Source: Nageia nagi
Taxonomy: Eukaryota > Plantae > Pinophyta
Length of the DNA: 64,000 nt
Assembly: GCA_050084985.1 (NCBI GenBank)
Contig: JBITNC010000002.1
Span: forward strand, 3,224,001-3,288,000
Direction: 5' to 3'
Below, piece after piece: positions 53,801 to 64,000 of the stretch. How positions within the stretch are numbered: position 1 is the stretch's first letter; each line of letters opens with the position of its first letter. The position numbers were made by a program, and so were the translations under genes. Below the pieces are notes generated by a model. That model was not told the origin of the DNA, searched no databases, and saw only the letters and a list, made by a program, of their open reading frames with translations.

Positions 53801-55799
53801 TGAAAATGGAAAAAATTGCCAAAATCTCAAATCCTTCATAAAACCTCCTAAAAAGTTCACAAACCTCTCAAAATTTGCCAAGTACCTTGTAATTCCATCC
53901 TTCATCCATCCATAAACTCAAATCCACTTTTTAATTTTTTTTTTCTAAATTTTAGACCTCCACTATTTTTTTCAAAAAATAGACCAAAAAATCCACTTTT
54001 TTGAAAAACTCTCTTAGAATCCTTTGAAAATTTGCCACAATGATCACACCATGGGCAAATCGAGATTCAAAGAAGGAAGGAGCTCAAAAGACTGTTAGAA
54101 GGATCTAAAATGAGGATTTGAAGCTCCAATTTTTGACAAATTGATGCAAAATGCCTCGAAATGCATGCTAGAGGGCATCAATTTTTGTAAATATTTTATT
54201 TGTAGCATATTTTAATGGGATGAGATTGTTCTCCCACTAAAACGATATTGTAATCTCAATTTAGCATTCAAATTAACATTTTAAAGCTTTTTTATGGATT
54301 AGGGCAACACCATCAAATTTTGACCTAAAAAGTCTATAAATAGACCATAGGGGGTCACATTTTGAGGTAGAATGTTGTAGTCCAAATTTTTTGTAATTGG
54401 GGAGCAAATTGATGTACTCATGCAAAACTCTTTTACAAACATAATACAAATGGCTACAAGTTGATTCAAAATGTGTTTTCATCTATGCTAGTGGTGGATT
54501 GATTTTTTAGAACGTTTTCTATAATTGAAACATTTTCGTGCCTTCTCTTTGAAAACTCACGAGTTTTAGGAGAATTTGTTGCAAAGTTTTCAAAAATATT
54601 TGAATTGTTGCTAATTCATCACTTGCTTGTTAAATGCTTAGTATTCTGAATTGACTTTCTCTTAAGACATCTTCCTAGATCTTTTGTTCAAAACTATCCA
54701 CCTTCACTCATGCTTAGTCCACTTGGTTGCATTGGCCTTGTTCATAGAGTATCGATAATTAGTTCCACTTCTCGTTCATCTTTGGAATGATTGGAAAATA
54801 GTCATTCATTTCAAAGACTTGATTGAATTGAACAAGATTTCTTACCTGATCCGAGAGAGAGAATGTTTAAACAATGCTGCATTGTGATTACCTCTTTGAA
54901 GTCTAGCCAGTATTTGGCCTCATTCTTGCTTTTTCTTTTCTTTATTTTACACTTTCTTTAAAACTTATGGCAAATTTCGAACTATTGTAATATAACACAC
55001 CTCAATCCTTACAAAAAACGTGAGTTGACAGTTATTACCTCTACTACACCACTCAGCTGATTCCCAAACAAGACCTACAAATTTAAAGCTCATATTAACA
55101 ACACGAGTTTTCCGATAGAAACCTTGGGGTATCAGTCCTTACAAGAGGAGTTCAGTAACGCGTTCTCACCCACATGCTGGGTTGCTTTCCCGTCTTGATC
55201 GTATGGGCGATCATCGAGTAAGAGGAAAGGTTTCCTTCCCAACAACTTCATGCACTACCTTTGGAGTTTTGGGCAAATAAAATCTTTGAAACTATGGGCA
55301 ACAATATAGGAATTTTTCTTTCGCTGGATTATGCTACTAAGGAGAGGAAGAATATGTTCTTCGCTAGGTTGTGTTCGATTGGACACGATTCTCTTCTTGG
55401 AAAAATGGTTTGAAAATAACTTAACATTTAATTTTGAAACCGTTGCCAAGAATAGGTTTTGATTACAACCCTCTACTTTTTTGGTGCAGTTTGCAGGATA
55501 AATAGTTTTATTTGCCTTTCAGATTTGAATTTATGTGGTTGCACCACTCAAGTATATTTAAAGAAATGGAAAAATGGTGGAGTTTATCAACCCAAGGAAC
55601 TAAAATACAAATCCTATCTAACAATTTAAAAACAATAAAGAAAGAATTTGAGAAATGGAACATGGTTGTCTTTGGTAACATCTTTCAGAAGAAGAATTCT
55701 ATTTGGTTGGAATTGGATAAAATAGAGGAAGAAGTCAGTAAGATAGGTATGAATCAAAGTCAATATATGAAAAAAGGAGCTAAATGCCAAATTACATAC

Positions 55800-56669
55800 C
55801 AAAGTTATTAGAATCCGAATAGGATCATAATATTTTGGTTGGAGGATTCAGATTAATTGGGAATCAAATCAGAATCAATAAATAAGAAACATTAAGGAAT
55901 TTTTCCAATTTGACATTGAAAGTTTGAAACAAATCATTTTTAACTATGTCTCAACATTGCATATCAAATATGACAACATTCCATATCAAATATGACAATA
56001 TTCCATATCAAATAACACATTACACAAGTGAAAACATAATGTAACATTGGAAATTGTAGAGTTTTATATTAAATATCGAATGTCCAAGGACCAAAATGCA
56101 TCAAAGATTTCCAATTTGAAAAAACAAAATCTGAACCAAAACATTTATCCATATTGTCTTTGTTTTCCCTTTTTCTTTCTCTCTTTTGCAACTCTAGCCC
56201 TGGTTCTTCTTTTACTTCTTCTTGGGTATATGATGGATCCCCTACTTGTGGTTGTGACTCTAATCCTGATACTCTTGTCCTTTCCTCTTCCTCTGCCATT
56301 GCAATAGCTTCTTCTTCAAACCTTTCAAGCTTTAGAAACCTACTTGGATTTGTTGTAAGCTTGGTGAAATCGTGGAAAATGTTGTTTCTCCTAGATCCTC
56401 TTAGCTTGTGGTTGGAAGAAAATGTGAAAAATAAACAAGATTTTATGTTTTTAAACCTCATTTCCCCCTTGTAAGAGAATTGCTGATTTTTCCATCGTGA
56501 ATTAGGATTAAATCACGATTTAAAAACAAATTGAACTCGGGATTTTGGTCAAAAAATTGCCATGCCAGCAAAATAAGAAAAATCGGAATCAATTAAAAGA
56601 AATTGTTTGGCTAGAGGATTCAAATTAATCGGCAAAAAATTGAATTGGATATGGATTATGATAATACTA
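55800..56669. mobile_element. Possible non-autonomous hAT-like DNA transposon remnant inserted in LINE ORF2
   Basis: Interrupts ORF2; imperfect terminal inverted similarity (..TTATTAGAATCC / GGATTATGATAA..); 8-bp flanks TTACATAC / TTGCATAT with 2 mismatches. Confidence 0.4.
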
Positions 56670-57618
56670 TTGCATATTATACTGTTTAGAGAGGAAACCT
56701 TTTGGAGGCAAAAGTCCAGAATCCAATGTTAAAGATGAGAGATTAGAACACCAAGTTCTTCCATGTTTTCCACTATTAAACATAAGAGTTCAGACCAAAT
56801 AGAAGAAAGTATGAAGGAAGATGGTTAAGATATAACAAAGAGCAAGGAAATTGAGCTCTTGGAAATGGACTTGTTCCAAAAGCTTTTGATTGAAGATGTG
56901 GAGGGGGATGTTGAAGCGGTTGAAGAGATCTTGAATTTCATCCCATAATCAATTTCAAGGGATATTAATGACCAACTTTTAAAGGATATTAAGGAAGAAG
57001 AGGTTAGGGAAGCTACCTTCACCTTGGGAAGAGATAAAGCTCCAGGCTTGGATGGGTTTCAAGTAGGTTTTTTCCAGACCTTTCAGCATAGAGTTAAGTA
57101 TGATGTTATTGAAACAATTGAGGAATCTCTAAGGGCATAACAAATTCTAAAGGAACTCAACAACAATTTTTTTGTTCTGATCCCCAAGAAGAAAGGGTTG
57201 AAAAAATTCAAAGATTTCAGGTTTATTAGCCTATTTAATGTTGTATATAAAATAATTTCTAAAGTCATTGCACTAAGATCGAAACTTATCTTCACTACGA
57301 TTATCTTTGAAAAGTAAGAAGGTTTTTTCAAGGGTAGATATGTCCTAGATAGGATTATCTTCCTCCATGAAACTATGCATTCGTTAAAGCTAGTGATAGA
57401 TATGCTCCTCAAGCTAGATATGAGCAAGGGTTATTATAGAATCTCATGGAGGTTTTTTCGATGAGGTGTTGGCTGCCTTTGTTTTTAGTAGGCAATGGAG
57501 AAGATGGATTGGGTGCTGCTACAAAATTGGTAAGTTCTCAGTTCTTATCAATAATAGACCAATAAACTTCTTTAACAACAATAGAGGTTTGTGGTAACAA
57601 GACCCTTTGTCTCCTTGT

Positions 57619-59550
57619 TGTTGGAAACCTAATCCTTAGGGATTAAGGTTGAATGTAAATAATTAGATTTAGGTGTTATAAGTGTATGTGTGAGAAAATA
57701 TTTTATATATATGTATTTTTGGATTTGTGTTTTGGAGGAATTCCAAAGGTCATAGTAAGATGAAGTTGTAGAGTCTTTAGGCAGTTAAAGAGTCTCTTGA
57801 GGAAGGTGAAGTGATAAGCCACTTTTTCCTCTATCTATGAATGTTGTATTGATGTAATACATGAATTTTGGAGTTAATAGAATTTGGATTTGCAAACCTA
57901 AGAGTGGGCCTTATAGTGGTATTAGAGCTTGGCTGTGCCTAACAAAGGACTAACAACCTTTGCTAGACCATGCTAAGATCTTACATGGGGAATTTATTGG
58001 TTCTCCATGTGAGTTTTTCTTGCAAATTTGAGTAGACTCCAATTTTTCATTTTTGTGCATAACTTTTAATATGTTTATCTGTTTTCCATTTTGTGAAAAG
58101 TTCTTGATACCCATTTCCATTAAATTTGTAGTGTTAAGTTTTTAGGAGCTTCCACATTTTGTATCTTCTGCTGTTCATGGGGTTTTTCTCTTCCTTCTTC
58201 ATGGGTGAAACTACTATTATTCTTCCTACTATATGGCTTTTTTGGTGGTGAATGTTGGGTTGTTTTATGGCTAGTGTTCTGATAGCAATGCCATCTCAAC
58301 CCAAGTTGCAAATTTGCCTCTTTTTCATGCACTAGAGTGGTTGTTTCGTGCCAGATTGTGAAGAAGCACAAGAAAAATTTGTGTTGTTGGAGGTGGAAGA
58401 TATTTGTGATAACTATATTTGTTTGTTTGATTGTACGTTCCTAAAATATTTCCTTGCTGGTGGCTGGTTTATAAATCCGTTTTTGGTACATGTTGTGGAG
58501 GCCAATGCCAAAGTATTGCAGCTCGTTCTTGTGAACTTCGTGATGGTGGATGTGAAGCGACTATGTGACTTGCGTATAGATTTTTGGTGTTTTGCTTGTT
58601 CATGGTCGTCATTTCGTATTCCACATCCTTTCTGACCATTGACCGTGCGGATCGTTTGGATCTTGTGGAGAGTGGAGACTTGTGTACATTTCTTGTTTGG
58701 AGCCCCAACTACCCCACCATTTAGCTATGTACCTAATGGGCAACGTGAATACTGGTTTACGTGTCATCCCCACCGTGACCAGTTCGTGCCAACTCATTGT
58801 CCACATTGATCAATTTGGGCGCCCTAAATTTTATCGCCAGCCACTTTAATTTTTGAATAATTTGGTATTTTTTATAATATTTAAATATTATGGTTTTAAT
58901 ATTTAAATTTTATTATATTTAAATATTTAAAACTATTAATATTTAAATTATTACTTTTATGCCAAATTATTAAATATTTAAATTTTTTTTGGAGGACATC
59001 ATTTCTATTGCCTTTATCAAGGTGTCCATTTTAATGATGTCCTTTGTAAAAAGATTTATGTTGCAATATTTTCACCCCTTTGGATTAAGGGGGAAACTTG
59101 GGCTTAATCCTTGAGGTGGACCTTTTGAAGGGATTGCTTATTTTTTTTGTTGGGGAAAAATGTTCTACACACCTTGAGACACATCTTTATATTTATTTTT
59201 TAATCCCTTTTGGACTAAGGGGGGCTGTTGGAAACCTAATTCTTAGGGATTAAGGTTGAATGTAAATAATTAGATTTAGGTGTTATAAGTGTGTAGGTGT
59301 GAGAAAGTATTTTATATATATGTATTTTCGGATTTGTGTGTTGTTGGAATTCCAAAGGTCATAGTAAGATGAAGTTGTAGAGTCTGATAGTAAGATGAAG
59401 TTGTAGAGTCTTTAGGCAGTTAAAGAGTCTCTTGAGGAAGGTGAGGTGATAAGCCACTTTTTCCTTTATTTATGAATGTTGTATTGATGTAATACATGAA
59501 TTTTGGAGTCAATAGAATTTGGATTTGCAAACCTGAGAGTGGGCCTTACA
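57619..59550 (+). mobile_element. Non-coding TRIM/LARD-like LTR element (LTRs 57619-57915, 59226-59550), TSD CTTGT
   Basis: LTR pair TGTTGGAAACC..GGGCCTTA(C/T)A; iMet-type PBS TGGTATTAGAGC 57917-57928; PPT AAGGGGGG; the 1.3-kb interior has no retroelement ORF. Confidence 0.93.
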
Positions 59551-59749
59551 CTTGTCATTTCATTATTATGTGTGAGGCCTTAGGTAGATGCATCATTGTA
59601 GACTAGGCTAGAGGGAGTTTAGGGGGCCTTAAACCCTCACAAAATCTAGAAGTTATTATCTAAAAATTGTTGATGATACCATCCTACTTGAAAAACCTTT
59701 AGTGAGAGGTAAGATAGTTTAAAAGGATTCTAGAGGCAAAGCTCCTTTG

Positions 59750-61316
59750 AATGCTCTTTAAGACCTGGTTTGTTTCAATCTTCTTCTCAGGTGCAATCAC
59801 AAGGTTTGGAAGATAATTTGTAAGATTGGGGAGCACTGACTTGTATTTATAGTTTTTTTTTTTGGCAAGAGTAAATTGGCTATTGGGAGTGAGGTCGGCC
59901 CAATTGGATGTGCTTAAAATTTTGAAAATGGTTCAAAGGGGTCTAGGTGCAAGTGAAAGACCTGTTGGAATTTCAAGGCCCTAAAAGGATGTGCCCTTGA
60001 ACCAGGCTTCTCAAATTTTGAATTCGATGCAATTTGGCCAAATATCATGCTTATCACACCTTGAATTGGGTACAAATGGGCCAAGCTCACCTAAAATTTA
60101 TCTTGGAATTGCAATATTTTGAAATGATGCGCCCTTGGACCAAACATCCTATTTCTTGGATTAGATGCAATATGAGGGGTTAGAGAAATTATGCGTTAAT
60201 GAATCGCTTGTCAATTACTTCTTGCAAACTCAAGAGCCTCATTTGGTGTGCCCAGGATATGCGATGTTTGAAGTGCAAATGAAGCGTTTTAGGCCAACAT
60301 TTAAAGTTGAACTTTGGGATATCTATCACCCTCCATTATTTATCAATTTGATTCAATAGGATTAATTCTCAAGCTTGAAAGGAGTGCCCTCAAGCTAGGA
60401 AAACCTCCAATTAGCCTTGAAATTTCAAGATCTTGAAATGGGGCACCCAATTTATCCTTGGAGAATGTTATGCAAATGAGACTTGTACCAATATTTATAG
60501 TTTTTGCTGTGATAGGTGTCAATTCATTATTTACCAAAATTTGGTCAAATGCATGCATTTAAAACTTTGGATGTGATGCAAGAAAGCTAGGTGCATCTCT
60601 TCTCAATCTTAGGATTTCAAGCACTTCAAATAATGTGCTCCTGAGTTGGACATCCCAATATTGGAGTTAAGTGCAACACAAGATCTTGTAAAATGATGTG
60701 CAAATGGGCCACTTGATCTTGTATTTAAAGCTTTTCCTAGGACATGTTCACTTTCCCATTGGTTAAGGAATAAGTTAGATTGTTATTGCTTCATGTTTTG
60801 AATTTGGTGCAATAAGCTATGCACACCTTTGGCTTGTCTTGAAATTTCAAGACCGTGACTCATTTTAGACATGTCTTGCATTTTCAAGAACTCAAATAGG
60901 TGCACCCCAACATCTTGATGCGTTTAAGACCCTCAAACAATGTGAAAATGATGGAAACTCAGATTTTTGAGGGAATCTTGATCCAAACCTTGGTATTTTC
61001 CATTTTTTGAATCTCCACCTCCTCGAAATGTCGAAATTCATCGCCTTCGGTTTCTCGAAACTTGTCTTCTTGTTGCCTTAGTCAAAATTGGGTTGTCAAA
61101 ATTTGCAAAACTTGGGGCGTGTTGTGCGGGTACAAGTCCTAAGTTGGCTTTCTATGTTGAGAGCATTTTCTACAAATTGTTAATGGTCTCATCATCATGG
61201 CCACCTACCTTCAACACCATTAGTCTCATGGCCTGAGGATCCCCCTCTAACAACTACGAGTTTGCTGACATCAACTCCAAGTCGAGACAAACTACCATAT
61301 TCCTAAGCCAGATAGG
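59750..61316. mobile_element. Fragment of another long-LTR-type repetitive region
   Basis: Degenerate sub-repeats resembling those in 50997-55244; boundaries unclear. Confidence 0.45.
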
Positions 61317-64000
61317 TGTTGGTATGTTTTTCTTTCCTCGCCCAAAACATGCACAAGACTTGGAGGAAGCAACGTTACTTGTTTTCGCCTGAAAGGACTA
61401 GTTACCCCTAGCGATCACATGGAATATGGTCTAGGGCACAGTGGTCAGAGATGCATGTTGTTAATCGTATACAAGGGAAATACACCGTCGGGATTCGTTT
61501 TCCACAAAAGAGGAAAGACTGCAAATGTGAACGAAAGCAAAGAAAGATCACAAATGCAAGGATAAATGCATAGGAATGTGAATAATGAACTTATGAAGAT
61601 ATCACCAATGATGCAGTGTCTCAGCATGTCATCTCCAGATTCATTAAAAAAATGTTTCACTTATCAAGTCGGGCAATAAATAGCAAAAAGTTCAAGTTAC
61701 TACCGGACAAGACGAGAGCAAGAAGCTGTAGGGTCTTGATGGAAGACTGGATGGAATAGGATGAAGGGAAATGACCAACATGTGAATACATAATCTAACC
61801 GAATGACATAGAGATTAGCTATATGCCCTAGAATACATTCACTTATGTGCAAACCATGCAATGAATAATTTAAACCACTTCGAAAGATATTCAATCAGCT
61901 TTTCTTAAAACTCGTAGTTTGCAAAGAATATGAACTTAAGCAATAAAAATCATTCAAACTAGCAAGAGAATCTTACAGGGTAGGATGCATGTCCCACAAA
62001 TGATAATCTTCACAGCATTTGCTTTACAGAACCATTCCAGAAAGAAATCAACTTTCAATGATATTCAATAATGTAAACAAAAGCATTCCTTTCTTGATTG
62101 CAGTACTCTCAGTATGATATTTAAAATGAAAAAGAGATATGACAATATGCATCCATGATATGCAAAGAATCCCTTATGTAGCAAATCCTTATGCAATTCA
62201 ATAGTATGCAGAAAATATCATACATACAATCATATGCCAAAAATCCCCTTCTAAATAGCTCGAATCGAGTATAAATACGCCACTAGAAGTGTTGCCCTAA
62301 AGGCATCAAATCTGATATGGTGTGCACACATACAACACACATACTGATCCAAAATATGATTGTTCACACAAAATGATGCAAGTGGTATTTAAAGCTGACA
62401 AAATATAAATGCCACAACTATAATACATTTATTTATCTCTAACCTATGCAAAAGAAAATCAAATATGCAATAAATGTTTGGATTCTGAACCGACAGGAGC
62501 AAAAACCTCATCCCTGCACCGGTTAGAACCATTAATAAGTTTGACAGATTTGATTTGGTGGGAGCAAAACTTCATCCCTACACCAGTCAAATCAAGTAAA
62601 TAAAGTCTGAGTACAACACCAACCACCATCAATATGCATTAATTAAAGAAAGATTATTGCAAACAAAATCTGCAAGTGGATCAGATCTAGGCCAAATCTG
62701 ACCCGGTACCGGCGGAGTTCCACTCCTTGTTGGTGAGACCGTACGACTCAATGGTTTCTTCCAAGAACGCTATGGTCTTATGTACTCTGGAAACCATGCT
62801 GCCGTTTTGCTAGAAATAGTCCCCAATCTATTTGGACGTAGCCTACATTTGGAATATCTAGATGACCATCTGCCTTTCATGGATGATAGGATGCCTTAAC
62901 TTTAACAAATTGAAATCTTCGACATCTAGATGCTCTTGGATCAGGTTTTGGGCCTCTGCCAATACTGCTTTCTTGCGCACACTGTTATCCTCCCTTGAAA
63001 TCTGAGTTGGTATACATATCCTCTCATTTGCTCCTCTACTTTTCTCAAAGTGTTCTGACTTTCAGAACAACATTGCACTTCTCGAGTGCATGCTTCAGCC
63101 AGTCGTGCTGATACATAAACTCATGGCAGTAGACCAATTTTTCGGGTTTGTTAGCAGAGATTTGCTATAAATGGGTGACATTTGGGGAGATAACCATCCA
63201 ACTTCTCAAGGTTTGCCGTTATCTAGGACTTTAGTTCCTAGATTCCAACACCTTCCTCAAAGAGGCTATATATTTGAGAAGATAACTTCTCAATGGTCTC
63301 CATCATCTCCTTCAGTTGGTCCTTCATCAGCTCCCATCCTTCATAAAACGAGGCTTGTTTCTTCAGGTTGACAAGGGTAGTGCTAGTGGTCTAGAACTCC
63401 TTAATAATTTTCCTGCTAGCCGTGAGTTCCCTTTTTAGCCTCTTCACATCCTTCTTAGCTTCGTAGCGTTCCTGTTCCATAACAACGACATTTTGGGTCA
63501 CAATGTGCTTACGGGCTGTCAGTCCCAACTTGATGGGCACATTAAATTTCTCAATCATGTAGTCGTTGGGCCTCTGAGGATGTTTCTCCTTGGAGTAACA
63601 ATGATTGATGGAGATCTCTTTTCGAGTAGTAGAAACAAAAGTGTCAACAAATCTAACCTACTCACCATCGGAAAGGTCCTCTTCTTCATCCTCAGATCTC
63701 AAGTCCTGATCTATTTCTTCATCATGAGCCATACTCATGCCCAGGGCTCTTAGGCAAGCATTTAAGTCAAGATTCGGATGTTCGGTTGTTGGCTTAGGAG
63801 GGAGCCTCTGCACCAACACTCGTCCTTTGTTGATCTTCTTGACTTCTTTGGTAGGAGTGGTTGAACGAGGGCAATTTCCCTACCCTGGTGCTTGTCCTGC
63901 TTTCTCTTCTTTTGTTTTTCTGTCTCCTCTTCATCTTCTTCATCTCCGCCACTGCCACTAATAGATATGCCTTTCTTTCTTGGCTGAGGGGATCTTTAAT
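61317..64000 (-). mobile_element. Second gene-containing giant LTR, truncated by the window end
   Basis: Starts TGTTGGTATGTTTTTCTTTCCT, like TGTTGGGGGTTTTTCTTTCCT at 41886; no PBS follows on the minus strand; contains a homolog of the 42998-46723 ORF. Confidence 0.75.
62690..64000 (-). pseudogene. C-terminal part of an LTR-embedded ORF homologous to 42998-46723
   Basis: EKHPQRPND..GLTARKHIVTQNV..KRLKRELTASRKIIKE aligns with KENPQCPED..GLAGQKHAIISNV..EGLKKELATQRILTKE; VRKKAVLAEA..VEDFN aligns with IRDKELVVAEV..IEDIN. Confidence 0.78.

Larger units (their letters stand above)
50997..55244 (+). mobile_element. Giant solo LTR (4248 bp), same superfamily as 41886-48364, non-coding; TSD ACTT(A/C)
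   Basis: TGTTGTGCCTG..GGAAAGG..CCCAACA; ACTTA/ACTTC flanks; removing it restores LINE ORF1; CTATAAATAG at about 54335. Confidence 0.88.
50300..59730 (+). mobile_element. Degenerate L1-type LINE in AMY3 intron 5, interrupted by three younger insertions
   Basis: ORF1 WVKL|HALPLEFW split at 50996/55245; ORF2 PFRFEFMW, FWRQKSR, KAPGLDGF, VLIPKK..DFRFISLFNVVYKIISK, LKLDMSK, QDPLSP|..IIMCEALGR split at 57618/59551. Outer boundaries are approximate. Confidence 0.85.

Overview
Low-GC plant nuclear DNA, probably a gymnosperm or conifer (inferred from the very long TE-filled introns and the retroelement types). There are two host genes. The first is a complete 9-exon secreted GH3 beta-D-glucan exohydrolase/beta-glucosidase on the minus strand (14038-17262, 633 aa). 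The second is the first five exons of a chloroplast alpha-amylase (AMY3) on the plus strand from 37964; its intron 2 is about 11 kb and its intron 5 is over 13.8 kb and runs off the window. Most of the remaining sequence is nested retroelements, several with clean TG..CA ends and 5-bp TSDs: a rearranged Copia, a CRM-type chromovirus, further Copia pieces, LINE remnants and a TRIM-like element. Two observations stand out. (1) A family of giant 4-6 kb solo LTRs in the AMY3 introns: two divergent members carry a homologous gene inside the LTR (inferred U3). The complete copy encodes about 1070 aa and lies behind an array of eight 48-bp palindromes; a third member carries a 183-bp satellite-like array instead. 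(2) A well-preserved pol-less Tat-like LTR element (26922-33950) with a tRNA-Trp PBS, encoding only Gag plus an antisense, spliced, TATA-preceded plant-mobile-domain (PMD) gene, and marked throughout by a 16-bp palindrome. All alignments and counts were done by eye; no database searches were run.
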